DNA from: Eubacteriales bacterium | GTDB lineage: Bacteria > Bacillota > Clostridia > Oscillospirales > CAG-272 | NCBI GenBank assembly: GCA_045539595.1 | Contig: JAZQFQ010000074.1 | Coordinates: 1,482 to 65,481, forward strand | Direction: 5' to 3' | Length of the DNA stretch: 64,000 bases | In this document: positions 9,415 through 19,633 of the stretch, one piece after another | How the letters are laid out: every line of letters starts with the position of its first letter | Numbering within the stretch: the first letter of the stretch is position 1 | Program-made: the position numbers and the translations under genes | The notes under the pieces: model-generated | Databases searched by the model: none | The model's input: the letters and a program-made list of their open reading frames with translations, nothing else | Told to the model about the DNA's origin: nothing

Positions 9415-10137
9415 TCAGTTTTCCCAGTTGTGATACACTTCGCTGACGTCGTCGCAGTCTTCCAGATGCTCCAGAAGAAGGTTCATATTCTTGATATCGT
9501 CCTCACTGGTGAGAGTGACGTAGTTGCTGGGGATCTTATCCATTTCGGCGGACTCTATCTCATAGCCCAGAGCCACGAGAGCGTCACGAACGGCATACAG
9601 ATCGTCCTTCTCGGTGAGGATCTCGAAGGATTCCTCGTCAGAGGAGAAGTCGGCCGCGCCGGCTTCCAGAGCGGCTTCCATCAGTGCATCCTCATCGATG
9701 TTGTCCTCGCGGAGAATGATGATGACGCCTTTATCCTCGAACATAAAGGACACGCATCCGCTCTGGCCCAGATTTCCGCCGTACTTATCAAAGAAGTGGC
9801 GCATATCGGAGGCGGTACGGTTGCGGCTGTCGGTGGCGGTCTCCACGATAATGGCAACGCCGCTGGGGCCGTATCCCTCGTATACGATCTCTTCGTACAC
9901 AACGGCATTCGCACCGCTTGCCTTTTTGATGGCGCGGTCGATGTTATCGTTGGGAACGTTGTTGGATTTTGCTTTTGCGATCAAATCGCGCAGCTTGCTG
10001 TTGTTATTCGGATCGGGACCGCCCTCGCGTACAGCGATCGCGATCTCCTTACCGATTTTTGTAAAGATCTTACCCTTCTGGGCATCGGTCTTTGCTTTTT
10101 TATTTTTGATATTATTCCATTTGCTATGTCCAGACAT
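9415..10137 (-). CDS. yebC: YebC/PmpR-family DNA-binding regulator
   Basis: 'MSGHSKWNNIKNKKAKTDAQKGKIFTK' is the invariant family N-terminus; 240 aa. Confidence 0.92.
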   Translation of the reverse strand: MSGHSKWNNIKNKKAKTDAQKGKIFTKIGKEIAIAVREGGPDPNNNSKLRDLIAKAKSNNVPNDNIDRAIKKASGANAVVYEEIVYEGYGPSGVAIIVETATDSRNRTASDMRHFFDKYGGNLGQSGCVSFMFEDKGVIIILREDNIDEDALMEAALEAGAADFSSDEESFEILTEKDDLYAVRDALVALGYEIESAEMDKIPSNYVTLTSEDDIKNMNLLLEHLEDCDDVSEVYHNWEN

Positions 10138-10158
10138 GATGAATCCTCTTTTAAGCGA

Positions 10159-11871
10159 TTAGATTTTTTCCGGTGTCTTGATGCAGATCAGGCGCAGAGC
10201 GTTGCGCAGAACCGTACCTGCAGCCCGGGCGAAACGGACGCGGGATGCACGGACGGTTTCATCCTCAGCAGTGAGGATCGGACAATTCTGATAGAAGCGG
10301 TTAAACGCGGTACACACATCGATGACGTACCGGGTGATGATGGAAGGCTCATACTGATCCACCGCATCCAGCACCTTCTCGGGGAACTTGGACAAGGTGA
10401 CCAGCAGGGCTGCTTCTTCGGGAGCGGTGATCTTCGCCTCACCGTCCAGGGGCAGATTCCCTGCCTTCTCCAGAATGGAGCAGGTACGGGCATAGGTATA
10501 CTGGGCGTAGGGACCGGTATTGCCCTCAAAGCTCAATGCATTTTCCAATGTGAAATTGATATCCTTGATGCGGCTGTTGTACAGATAGTGGAACACGATG
10601 GCGCCCACACCGACCGCTTCCGCTACTTCTTCGCGGTTCGGCAGATCGGGGTTCTTTTCCAGCATAATCTCCTGTACTTTTTCAATGGACTGGCGGAACA
10701 GATCCTTCAGAAGCACCACATTGCCGGTACGGGTAGCCAGCTTGGCACCGCCGATGGACACCGTGCCGTACGGGACGTGAACAAGCTGATTCACCCAATC
10801 ATACCCCATCAGTTCCATCACCTTAAACCACTGGGCAAAGTGGAGAGACTGGCCGGCAGAGGTTACATAGATGCACTTATCGAAGGCAAAATTGTTCTTT
10901 CTGTATACGGCCGCCGCGATATCGCGGGAGGGATACAGGGACGCGCCGTCCCGTTTCAGAATCAGGCAGGGCGGCATATTGTACTCGGACAGATCCACAA
11001 TGGAAGCACCGTCATCCAGTTTCAGGAGGTCTTTGTCCCGCATGATCTGGATCTGGGCATCCATCTTATCGGAGAAGAAACTCTCGCCCATATAGTGATC
11101 GAACGTAATGCCGAGCTGTTTGTAGGTTACATTGTATTCGCGGAGGCTGATGTCCAAGAACCACTTCCACAGCGCAATGTTGTCGGGATCGTGTTCCTCC
11201 AGCTTCTTGAACTCGGCTCTTGCCTCATCGTTCAGAGAAGGATCCTTTTCTGCTTCCTCGTGGAATTTTACATACAACTCCACCAGGCCGTCGCAGCCCT
11301 TCTCCTCGACGATCTCCTTATTGCCCCATTTACGGAAAGCAACGATCTGCTTACCGTTCTGGGTACCCCAGTCACCGAGATGATTGATGCCGATGCAGTT
11401 GTATCCGCAGAACTGATGGAGCAGTTTCAGAGAGTGTCCGATCACGGTAGTGCCGAGATGTCCGATGTGGAACGGCTTGGACGTATTGGGGGAGGAATAG
11501 TCCAGAACCACGTTTTTGCCCACGCCCATATCGGAGGAGCCGTAGGCATCCTTCTTTTCCTCCACGGTGCTCAGAACGCTCTTTTCCAGATAGGCATCGC
11601 TCAAGTGGATATTGAGATATCCGCCCGCTACGCTGATCTTGGCGATATCGGAGGCGTCCATCTTTTCTGCAATGGCGGAGGCGATGGCAGGCGGTGCGGC
11701 ACGGAGCACCCGGCTCAATTTGAAGCAGGGGAACGCCAGATGGCCCATGGCCTCATCCGGCGGATATTCCAGCATATCCTCGATCTCGGCGGCAGTCAGT
11801 TCCGCTGTCGGCCACAATTCGTTTATGGCGCCGAGGATCGAATTGGCAATTTGTTTTTTAAAGTGTATCAT
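10159..11871 (-). CDS. argS: arginine--tRNA ligase
   Basis: 570 aa, class I HIGH motif 'PFHIGHLG', ArgRS-type N- and C-terminal domains. Confidence 0.92.
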   Translation of the reverse strand: MIHFKKQIANSILGAINELWPTAELTAAEIEDMLEYPPDEAMGHLAFPCFKLSRVLRAAPPAIASAIAEKMDASDIAKISVAGGYLNIHLSDAYLEKSVLSTVEEKKDAYGSSDMGVGKNVVLDYSSPNTSKPFHIGHLGTTVIGHSLKLLHQFCGYNCIGINHLGDWGTQNGKQIVAFRKWGNKEIVEEKGCDGLVELYVKFHEEAEKDPSLNDEARAEFKKLEEHDPDNIALWKWFLDISLREYNVTYKQLGITFDHYMGESFFSDKMDAQIQIMRDKDLLKLDDGASIVDLSEYNMPPCLILKRDGASLYPSRDIAAAVYRKNNFAFDKCIYVTSAGQSLHFAQWFKVMELMGYDWVNQLVHVPYGTVSIGGAKLATRTGNVVLLKDLFRQSIEKVQEIMLEKNPDLPNREEVAEAVGVGAIVFHYLYNSRIKDINFTLENALSFEGNTGPYAQYTYARTCSILEKAGNLPLDGEAKITAPEEAALLVTLSKFPEKVLDAVDQYEPSIITRYVIDVCTAFNRFYQNCPILTAEDETVRASRVRFARAAGTVLRNALRLICIKTPEKI

Positions 11872-11873
11872 GT

Positions 11874-13019
11874 TTACTCCTTGGAGTCACCGAGGCTCTC
11901 CAGATGCTTCGCCTGTCTGTCCAGCAGATTGTGGATACGGGTCACAGGATTCAGAAGAGAGCTGATGGACTCATCGTGATTCAATGTATCGATGATGTAA
12001 GAAACGTACTTGCACATATTTACCTGATGATACCACTTACGGGCCAGAAGCTCCGGCGGGCAGTACACCAGGTTGGTGGTGAACACTTTATCGATGATGC
12101 CCTTCTCAAACGCTTCATCGAAAATCTCCAGGCCGTTGCAGAACAAACCGAAGGTGATGAAGAGGAAGATGCGGCGGGCGCCCTTCTCTTTCAGCTGCAT
12201 GGATACATCCAGGATGGATTCACCGGAGGAGATCATATCGTCTACGACGATCACATCCTTGCCCTTGATGCTTCTGCCCAGGTATTCATGTGCCTCGATG
12301 GGGTTCTTACCGTTGATGATTACGGCGTAGTTGCGGCGCTTATAGAACATGCCGATATCCACGCCCATAACGGAGGAATAGTACATGCAGCGGGACATAG
12401 CACCCTCATCGGGGGAGATGATGGTGATCTGATCGTGGGACAAAGAAATGTCCGGATATTCGTGAACCAGTGCTTTGAGCATCTGATAGGTGGGATGCAC
12501 GTTATCAAAGCCCTTCAGCGGAATCGCGTTCTGTACACGGGGATCGTGTGCATCAAAGGTGATGATATTGGCCACACCCATATTCACCAGTTCCTGCAGA
12601 GCCAAAGCGCAGTCCAGAGATTCGCGGGCGGATCTCTTGTGCTGACGGCCCTCATACAGCATGGGCATGATGACAGAAATGCGGCGTGCCTTACCCTCGA
12701 TAGCGGCAATGACGCGCTTCAGATCCTGGAAATGGTCATCCGGGCTCATGGGAACCTGGACGCCGCGCATGTTATAGGTAACACCGTAATTGAAGCAGTC
12801 GGAGATGATATACACATCCCGTCCGCGCATGGACTGGTGAATCAGCGCCTTCGCCTCACCGGAACCGAAACGGGGGCAATCCGCATCGATCAAGTATGTA
12901 GTGGAATCGTCGCTGTCGTGATGACGCCACTCCTTCAAATATCTGTCGACCTGCTCAACAAATCCCTCGCAGCCACTCATGCCAATGACAGCCAGTTCTC
13001 CGTACAAAAGCTCTTTCAT
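11874..13019 (-). CDS. prs: ribose-phosphate pyrophosphokinase family protein (long form, 381 aa)
   Basis: PRPP-binding loop 'VIVVDDMISSGES' and Prs-like N-domain 'FGSGEAK...RGRDVYII'. Confidence 0.82.
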   Translation of the reverse strand: MKELLYGELAVIGMSGCEGFVEQVDRYLKEWRHHDSDDSTTYLIDADCPRFGSGEAKALIHQSMRGRDVYIISDCFNYGVTYNMRGVQVPMSPDDHFQDLKRVIAAIEGKARRISVIMPMLYEGRQHKRSARESLDCALALQELVNMGVANIITFDAHDPRVQNAIPLKGFDNVHPTYQMLKALVHEYPDISLSHDQITIISPDEGAMSRCMYYSSVMGVDIGMFYKRRNYAVIINGKNPIEAHEYLGRSIKGKDVIVVDDMISSGESILDVSMQLKEKGARRIFLFITFGLFCNGLEIFDEAFEKGIIDKVFTTNLVYCPPELLARKWYHQVNMCKYVSYIIDTLNHDESISSLLNPVTRIHNLLDRQAKHLESLGDSKE

Positions 13020-13337
13020 GATAAACCCCTTTATTTGTTGTTATTATATTCCAATCTGTATCTGTTCAAACACAGACAAGCCGAACAAGAAAATGAAAAA
13101 CAGCAAAAACAGGAGAATGCGTAAAACACTCTCCCGTAAAACTATATACTGCCGCCAATCTGCCCGCAGGCATAGAGATATCCCATATTTTTCATTGCAG
13201 CCATATGAATCAGCAATGCAGAAAACATGATCCAATACCCCTCTCATAATACGCTTATCGATATTATAATACATTCCGGAAAAAAAATCAATATGGCTTT
13301 TTCATAAATCGACACCATATCTGCGGTATTTTATGTA

Positions 13338-14105
13338 CTACTCTGCAAAGAATTCATCAATTCCCGCGGCAATCCCCTTGGCAATGGTCCGCCGCCATGA
13401 CTCATCCAGCATATTGGCCGCATCGGTGGGGTTGGTGACAAATCCCACTTCGATGAGGGACGAGGGAACCGGTGCTTCGCGGATCACATAATAGGCGGCA
13501 TCGTATTCCTTCTCGATCAGCCGGGTTTTCTTGGCATCGGGCAAAAGATCGTTGATCGCATCGGTGATATCCGATGCGGCGGATTTGGATTTTTTGGTAA
13601 ATTTGGTCCCGTCGGCGTAATAGACGCGGGTGCCCATGACGGACTCATCGGCTGCGTAGGAGTCGCAATGGACGGAGACATAGTAATCGATATCCGCGTT
13701 TTTGATGGAATCGATCCGCTCCGCCGGCTTGAACAGATTGTTGCCGTCGTCGATGGTACTTTTCGGGATAGTCACGCCGTCGTGCAGCATCCGGACACGA
13801 TAGCCCAGTGCCTCCAGCTCTTCCTTCAGCATGGTGGCGATGGAGAAGGTGACATCTTTCTCGCTCCAATCGCCCAGATATGCCGATGTCGTTCCCGCAT
13901 CATCAAAGCCGTGACCCGGATCCACACAGATGGTGATCCCATCATCGGGAGTCTTTGTGCTGTCCGTTGCTTTATCATCGGTATATGTATGGCCCGGATT
14001 CCGTCCGAAGCCGTCCGACACAGCCGGCACCGCTTCCTGACAGGAAGTCAGCAGGCAGCCCATCGACAAAACGACGGCGCATATATACACTGCGATTTTT
14101 CTCAC
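13338..14105 (-). CDS. N-acetylmuramoyl-L-alanine amidase (Amidase_3) lipoprotein
   Basis: Lipobox 'LLTSC'; 'CVDPGHGFDDAGT', 'VSVHCDSY' and 'EVGFVTN' are Amidase_3 zinc-site motifs. Confidence 0.85.
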   Translation of the reverse strand: MRKIAVYICAVVLSMGCLLTSCQEAVPAVSDGFGRNPGHTYTDDKATDSTKTPDDGITICVDPGHGFDDAGTTSAYLGDWSEKDVTFSIATMLKEELEALGYRVRMLHDGVTIPKSTIDDGNNLFKPAERIDSIKNADIDYYVSVHCDSYAADESVMGTRVYYADGTKFTKKSKSAASDITDAINDLLPDAKKTRLIEKEYDAAYYVIREAPVPSSLIEVGFVTNPTDAANMLDESWRRTIAKGIAAGIDEFFAE

Positions 14106-14120
14106 GCGCTCTCTCCTTGC

Positions 14121-15407
14121 TTATTCAAAATACTCGGGCAGAAACGCCTCGTCGATGACGGAGCGGACATGGCTGTATATCCACTGCAGGGTAAAGGGAG
14201 CCGGATTCTCCTTCAGGGTGGTGCCGTGTATTTCTGCCATCCCATCCGTATAATCCTCCAGCATATAGATCTGCAGACCGTCCCGATTCAGGCTGTAATG
14301 GGTGACTGTCGGTCGGAGAACGACATTCTCCAATGCACATTTTCCGCTGTCGTCCATCACCACGTCGAATGTCAGCATACCGCCGATCATATTGTTGGCA
14401 TAATACTGGGTGGAGATGAAATTTCCCAGGGAATAGGCCACAAGCGTACGGCTTCCGTCCGCATTGTCGTGCCAGACCACCGGCTGGAGGATGTGGGAGT
14501 GGTGTCCGAGAATCACGTCGGCACCGGCTTCCGCCATCACAGCAGCCATCCGTTTCTGTTCGCTTGTAACCTGGGGCTGTTCCCGTCCCCAATGGGCAGA
14601 CACGATCACAAAATCCGCCTGCTCCTTGGCCTGGGCGATCTCCGCCTTGATTTTGGCGTCGTCATCCATCAGCGGGATGATGATATTGTCCATATTCGGT
14701 GTATAGTACAGAATGGACAAGTCAAAAAAGGACAGCCAGGCGATGCGCACACCGTTTACTTCCGTGATGCGGAGATTCTTATAATCCGCCTCATCCAGAT
14801 AGACGCCCAGCTCAGTAACGCCCAGGGACTGCACATACTCTGTCGATGCCCGGGCACCGGCCACCCGCTTGTCCAGGATGTGGTTGTTGGCCAGATTGAT
14901 CACGTCGAATCCCAACTCCACCAGCGCGTCGGCTGCTTCTCGGGGGGAATTGAAGGTAGGATAGCCGGAGATGCCGTATTCCTTGCCGGCCAGGGGCGCT
15001 TCCTGATTGATGAAAGCGATATCCGCCTCGCCGATCCGCTGAGCTACGCCCTCGTACATGGGCAGAAAATCGTATTCCTTGCCGTCGGCGGCCCGATTCT
15101 TCGCATCCGTAAAGACAGCTTCGTGAATGATATTGTCGCCCACCGCCAGAACGGACACCCGTTTTTCCGCCGGAGGTGCAGGAATATCCGGCTCCGTCTG
15201 CGACGGGGTGGTAGCCGGGGCATCCGATGTATCCGGCGGGGTTGTGGCGGGATTGTCCGTATTTTCGCTCACGTCGGACTCCGTTGTATCGCGGCCGACG
15301 CCCTCATGGGGACGCAGAGACACGCACCCGCTGAAGATAAGCAGTATCGAAAGGAAAACGACCAACAAAACGGAAAGCCGTTTTGTTGCCGGGATGGATG
15401 GTTTCAT
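14121..15407 (-). CDS. CapA-family (PGA_cap metallophosphatase-like) lipoprotein
   Basis: Lipobox 'FSGC', a low-complexity T/P-rich linker, and 'VLAVGDNIIHE', 'ANNHILD', 'SAHWGRE', 'GHHSH' motifs. Confidence 0.8.
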   Translation of the reverse strand: MKPSIPATKRLSVLLVVFLSILLIFSGCVSLRPHEGVGRDTTESDVSENTDNPATTPPDTSDAPATTPSQTEPDIPAPPAEKRVSVLAVGDNIIHEAVFTDAKNRAADGKEYDFLPMYEGVAQRIGEADIAFINQEAPLAGKEYGISGYPTFNSPREAADALVELGFDVINLANNHILDKRVAGARASTEYVQSLGVTELGVYLDEADYKNLRITEVNGVRIAWLSFFDLSILYYTPNMDNIIIPLMDDDAKIKAEIAQAKEQADFVIVSAHWGREQPQVTSEQKRMAAVMAEAGADVILGHHSHILQPVVWHDNADGSRTLVAYSLGNFISTQYYANNMIGGMLTFDVVMDDSGKCALENVVLRPTVTHYSLNRDGLQIYMLEDYTDGMAEIHGTTLKENPAPFTLQWIYSHVRSVIDEAFLPEYFE

Positions 15408-15429
15408 AATGGATTGATACTTCCTCTGT

Positions 15430-16302
15430 TTATTGAATGATGGCCGTGCGCGGCATGCACATTTTCATGCTTGCAGCGGCGGCGTTGAATGCTTCTTCGT
15501 TGGTGGCAAAAACATTGTTGCTGATTTTGGTTTTTTCATTGCCTTCCAGTGCGCTCAGACCCTCAAACGTCTTCAGGTGCGGCTCCATGGTTACCACCAC
15601 TTCCCCGCTCACGGTGCGATTGAGATAGGCAAACATTTCGGGAATACCGCCCACGCCGGTGCCGGGCAGAACGATAGTGCCGCTCGCGGCGCAGTCTTTG
15701 ATATGCACATAAGTGATAAAATCCTGCAGCAACTGGAAGGACGCAGGGAACGGACGCTCGCCCACCTGAATGAAGTTGGCGGGATCAAATACGCAGCCCA
15801 GGCGGCCGGCAAAGGCAGTCAGCAACTCCAGACACCGCGCTGAGGTATCGCCGTAGATGCCCTTTTCGTTTTCATGGCAAAGCTGTACGCCATATTCGTC
15901 CGCAATATCCAGCATGGCGCCCATGCGCTCCATCACCGTATCCCGGTACACGGACACATCCGCGCACTCCTCCGGCATAAAGAAGCTGAACATACGGATC
16001 CGCTTGGCGCCAAGGCCGTCGGCGATCTCGCAGGTGCGGCGCAGTTTGTCCTTGTGCGCCTCAAAATCCTCGTCAACACGGATTTTGCCGATGGGGGAGC
16101 CGAGGGCGGAGATACCGATGCCGGCGGCATCCAGTTTCGCCTTGACCTCCAGTGTTTTTTCCTTGGTCAGATCGGAGATATTCACGCCGTCGATTCCGCG
16201 GGGCTCCATCAGGTGGATTCCGTTTGCGAGAAGTCCCTTGATCTGCTCGTCAAAATTCGGTGAATACTCGTCCGCGAATGCGCTCAAACGAAAGATAGCC
16301 AT
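15430..16302 (-). CDS. sugar phosphate isomerase/epimerase (xylose isomerase-like TIM barrel)
   Basis: 'RIRMFSFF', 'LCHENEKGIYGD', 'DPANF' and 'HIKD' are characteristic of the AP_endonuc_2 family. ATG is at 16302. Confidence 0.72.
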   Translation of the reverse strand: MAIFRLSAFADEYSPNFDEQIKGLLANGIHLMEPRGIDGVNISDLTKEKTLEVKAKLDAAGIGISALGSPIGKIRVDEDFEAHKDKLRRTCEIADGLGAKRIRMFSFFMPEECADVSVYRDTVMERMGAMLDIADEYGVQLCHENEKGIYGDTSARCLELLTAFAGRLGCVFDPANFIQVGERPFPASFQLLQDFITYVHIKDCAASGTIVLPGTGVGGIPEMFAYLNRTVSGEVVVTMEPHLKTFEGLSALEGNEKTKISNNVFATNEEAFNAAAASMKMCMPRTAIIQ

Positions 16303-16436
16303 ATACCTGTTACCGCCGAAGCGGTGCTCCTTTTTATGGATTTGCACATACGTGCAAAAATTACGGAATCAGTATAGCAGTTTAAGGGGTGGATTGCAAT
16401 CGTAAACGAAAAATTTTCGGGAGAAATTCGCAAAAA

Positions 16437-18818
16437 TTATTTCAGTTCCACCACGGTTACACCGTAGTCGCCCTCACCGTACACGCCGGCACGGAAGGAT
16501 GCCACTCGGGAATCCTTTTTCAGATTGTTCCATATAGCCGCACGCAGAGCACCTGTGCCTTTGCCGTGGATGATGGTAACGGAATGGATGGAGGCCACCT
16601 GGGCCTCGTCCAGATATTTGTCGATCATAAACCAGGCGTCGTCGCCGGTCTCGCCGCGGACGTCGATCTCCGGCTTGAAGGTGCGGTTGACCAGTGCGCG
16701 GTGCTCCTTCTGGTTGCGGCGATCCCGGCTTTCGTCCGTTTCGCCGTCACCGATGAGCCGCAGATCCTTTACATTGGCCCGGGTTTTCACCTGTCCCATG
16801 CGGATGGACACGTTGCCGTTCTTATCGGGATTATCCAGAAGCACACCGATGGTGCCCAGATTCTTATGGCGAACCCGGTCGCCCTTTACCAAATCCCGGG
16901 GCAGAACGTATTCCTCGTCCTCCTCCGCGGGCACATAGGCCGCGTTTTCGTAATCCCGCACGCGGGCGCGGATATTCTTTTTCGCCTCGGAGAGATGCTC
17001 CGCCAGTTTTTCGGAATCCCGCTGCTTCTGCAGCTTATCCAGTTGATCGTAGATATAATTGCTGGTGGCTTTGGCGCTGAGCACCATTTGCTCCGCCTGT
17101 GCCAGCATCTTCTCCGCATCCCGCTCGGCACGTCCCAGCTTGTCCGACAGTTTTCGCTCGGCTTTGTTCTTGAATTCCTCGTATTCCCGGCGAAGCTGCT
17201 CGGTCTGTGCATGCTCCGCTTCCAATTGCATACGGGTATTTTCCAGTTTTTCGATAACCGCCTCAAAATTGCGGGAACCGGCGTCCACAAAGCGGCGCGC
17301 CCGATCCACAATCCCTTTCTGCAATCCCAGTTTTTCCGAGATGGCAAAGGCGTTGGATTTGCCCGGCGTTCCGATCATCAAACGGTAGGTGGGCCGGAGT
17401 GTCTCCACATCAAACTCGCAGGAGGCGTTGACCACATTCTCCGTTTCGATGGCGTAGGCTTTCAGTTCCGCATAGTGGGTAGTGGCCGCGCAGAGCGCGC
17501 CCCTCTGACGCACTTCATCCAGGATGGCGATGGCCAAAGCCGCCCCCTCCACGGGATCGGTGCCGGCACCCAACTCATCAAACAGAATGAGGGAGCGGTC
17601 TGTCATTCTCTCCATGATGGGAACGATGCCCACCATATGGGAGGAAAAGGTGGACAAGGACTGCTCGATGCTCTGCTCATCGCCGATATCGGAGAAGATG
17701 TCATCGAACACGCAAACCACGGAATTGGCACGGGCAGGGATATGAAGTCCGGCCTGCGCCATAAGGGAAAACAGACCGATAGTCTTCAGAGTAACGGTTT
17801 TACCGCCCGTATTGGGGCCGGTGATCACCAGCATCCGGTATTTTTCACCCAGCGTCACCGTAATGGGCACCACCTTTTTGGGATCCAGAAGAGGATGGCG
17901 GGCGTCCATCAAACGCATCTCCTGCTTGTCCGACAAAATCGGCTCGGAGGCATCCATCTGGGAGGACAGGGCCGCACAGGCGAAGATAAAGGACAGATCG
18001 GTAATATTGAGATAGTTCAGCGTAACGGAATGGGAAATATCCGCGCATGCGGCGGACAATTCCGACAGGATCCGCTCGATCTCATGGGTTTCGTTGCTCT
18101 CCAGCGTGCGCAGTTCGTTATTGGCATCCACAATGGCCATGGGCTCCACAAACAAGGTGGCACCGGAGGCGGAGGTGTCGTGGATCAGGCCCTTGACCTC
18201 GCCGCGGTACTCCGCTTTGACGGGAATAACGAATCGGCCGCCGCGGGTGGTAACGATGTTCTCCTGCAGGAATTTGCTCATGGTTCCGCCGGTGGTGTAT
18301 TTCTGCAGAAGATCCTTGATCTTGCTGTTCACCGCGCGGATTTTCCGGCGGATCTCCGCCAGAGCGGGGCTGGCCTCGTCGGCGATCATATCCTCCGCGG
18401 GGATGGAGCGGAAAATCCGCTCTTCCAGCACCCGATTGGGAATCAGCCGATCAAATATCTCATCCAGCACGGTGGTGAAATTCCGCTCGCCGCGGCTGTA
18501 ATCCGAGAGAGCACGGGCACAGCGGAGCACGCCGGCGATGTCCAGCAATTCGCGCGGGCTGAGGGTGGCTCCCTTCTCTGCCCGCTCAAGCGCTGCGCCA
18601 ACGTCTTTCACACCGCCGAAGGCGGGCATGCCTTTCAGGGTGACCAACCGTTTGGCGTCCGTTGTACGGGTCAGGCGGCGGCGGATGGCATCCGGATCGT
18701 TATCCGGCATCAGCGCCGCGGCCTTTGCTTTGGCACCGTCGGTGGCAGAAAGCTGCATCAGACGGTCGCATATTTTATCAAACTCCAGGGTACGGAGTGT
18801 TTTTTTGTCAAAACTCAT
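16437..18818 (-). CDS. mutS2: endonuclease MutS2
   Basis: Walker A 'GPNTGGKTV', 'LFDELGAGTDP', and a C-terminal Smr domain 'IIHGKGTGALR'. ATG at 18818 is preceded by AAAGGAGAAAG. Confidence 0.92.
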   Translation of the reverse strand: MSFDKKTLRTLEFDKICDRLMQLSATDGAKAKAAALMPDNDPDAIRRRLTRTTDAKRLVTLKGMPAFGGVKDVGAALERAEKGATLSPRELLDIAGVLRCARALSDYSRGERNFTTVLDEIFDRLIPNRVLEERIFRSIPAEDMIADEASPALAEIRRKIRAVNSKIKDLLQKYTTGGTMSKFLQENIVTTRGGRFVIPVKAEYRGEVKGLIHDTSASGATLFVEPMAIVDANNELRTLESNETHEIERILSELSAACADISHSVTLNYLNITDLSFIFACAALSSQMDASEPILSDKQEMRLMDARHPLLDPKKVVPITVTLGEKYRMLVITGPNTGGKTVTLKTIGLFSLMAQAGLHIPARANSVVCVFDDIFSDIGDEQSIEQSLSTFSSHMVGIVPIMERMTDRSLILFDELGAGTDPVEGAALAIAILDEVRQRGALCAATTHYAELKAYAIETENVVNASCEFDVETLRPTYRLMIGTPGKSNAFAISEKLGLQKGIVDRARRFVDAGSRNFEAVIEKLENTRMQLEAEHAQTEQLRREYEEFKNKAERKLSDKLGRAERDAEKMLAQAEQMVLSAKATSNYIYDQLDKLQKQRDSEKLAEHLSEAKKNIRARVRDYENAAYVPAEEDEEYVLPRDLVKGDRVRHKNLGTIGVLLDNPDKNGNVSIRMGQVKTRANVKDLRLIGDGETDESRDRRNQKEHRALVNRTFKPEIDVRGETGDDAWFMIDKYLDEAQVASIHSVTIIHGKGTGALRAAIWNNLKKDSRVASFRAGVYGEGDYGVTVVELK

Positions 18819-18841
18819 TCTTTCTCCTTTTGGGTAGACGA

Positions 18842-19633
18842 TCACAAAAGAGATTTATAGAACTCCAGAGAATAAAATCCGTGTTCGATATGGTTCAAGA
18901 GATACTTTTCGCATACGGATGCGTACAGCTTCATCTCATCCTCCGGCAAGGTGAAGGAGAGATACCGATTGGCGGGGGAATGGATGGTATACTGCATAGC
19001 CGACAGAACGGCAGGGGTCAGCCGCAGATAGATGTGGGCGGTTCCGTCGTCGATCTTGTCCTCCGTATGACGCACATTGCGCAAACAATCCCCACACAAA
19101 ATCCGTCCGTTCATCACATCCATATAGAATATCTTATTCTCGGCGGCATTGCACACATCACACGCCGCCAGATTGGGACGGAATCCTTCAATGGAGGCAC
19201 AGCGCAGTTCAAACGCCGCCTTCACCTGGGAGAGAGCCAGCTGCTTTCTATTGGCCAGCGCATACAGGGTGTTGAGGGTGAGCTGCATCAGTTCCTCATC
19301 GCCCACGCCTTCCACCGCCATCTCTGCCGCCACATCGCACAGATAGGAGGCCAGTGCCAGTTTGTTGAGATCCAGACGGAGATCGAAAAAACTTTCGATC
19401 AGGGCACTGTCGGATATGTAGAAATACCCGTGGGATTTCCGCAGAACGAAGGAACTGTAGCAAAACAGCTGGGTGGCGGGCATATGCTTGCTTTTCAGGC
19501 TCCGCACCCCTTTGCCGGAGACGCTGATGCGTCCCATTTCCTCCGTGATCACCGTGAGAATCTTATCATACTCACCGGTCTGCGTTTCCCGCACCACCAG
19601 TCCGCGAACACGAATCTGTTCCATAAAACTCAC
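18842..19633 (-). CDS. recO: DNA repair protein RecO
   Basis: N-terminal OB region 'GLVVRETQTGEYDKILTVIT' and zinc motif 'CDVC...CGDC'. It sits in the conserved position downstream of era. Confidence 0.88.
   Translation of the reverse strand: MSFMEQIRVRGLVVRETQTGEYDKILTVITEEMGRISVSGKGVRSLKSKHMPATQLFCYSSFVLRKSHGYFYISDSALIESFFDLRLDLNKLALASYLCDVAAEMAVEGVGDEELMQLTLNTLYALANRKQLALSQVKAAFELRCASIEGFRPNLAACDVCNAAENKIFYMDVMNGRILCGDCLRNVRHTEDKIDDGTAHIYLRLTPAVLSAMQYTIHSPANRYLSFTLPEDEMKLYASVCEKYLLNHIEHGFYSLEFYKSLL

Noticed and set aside
9394-11979. 861-aa ORF on the plus strand spanning the whole yebC-argS region
   Set aside because: It is antisense to two genes with unmistakable family signatures. The product is low-complexity (G/A/V/L/I/H/Q-rich), has no RBS and no recognisable motif. 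This is a typical shadow ORF of GC-rich coding DNA.
13668-15440. 590-aa plus-strand ORF
   Set aside because: Antisense to the amidase and CapA-like genes. Shadow ORF.
16389-18860. 823-aa plus-strand ORF
   Set aside because: Exactly antisense to mutS2. Shadow ORF with no motifs and no RBS.
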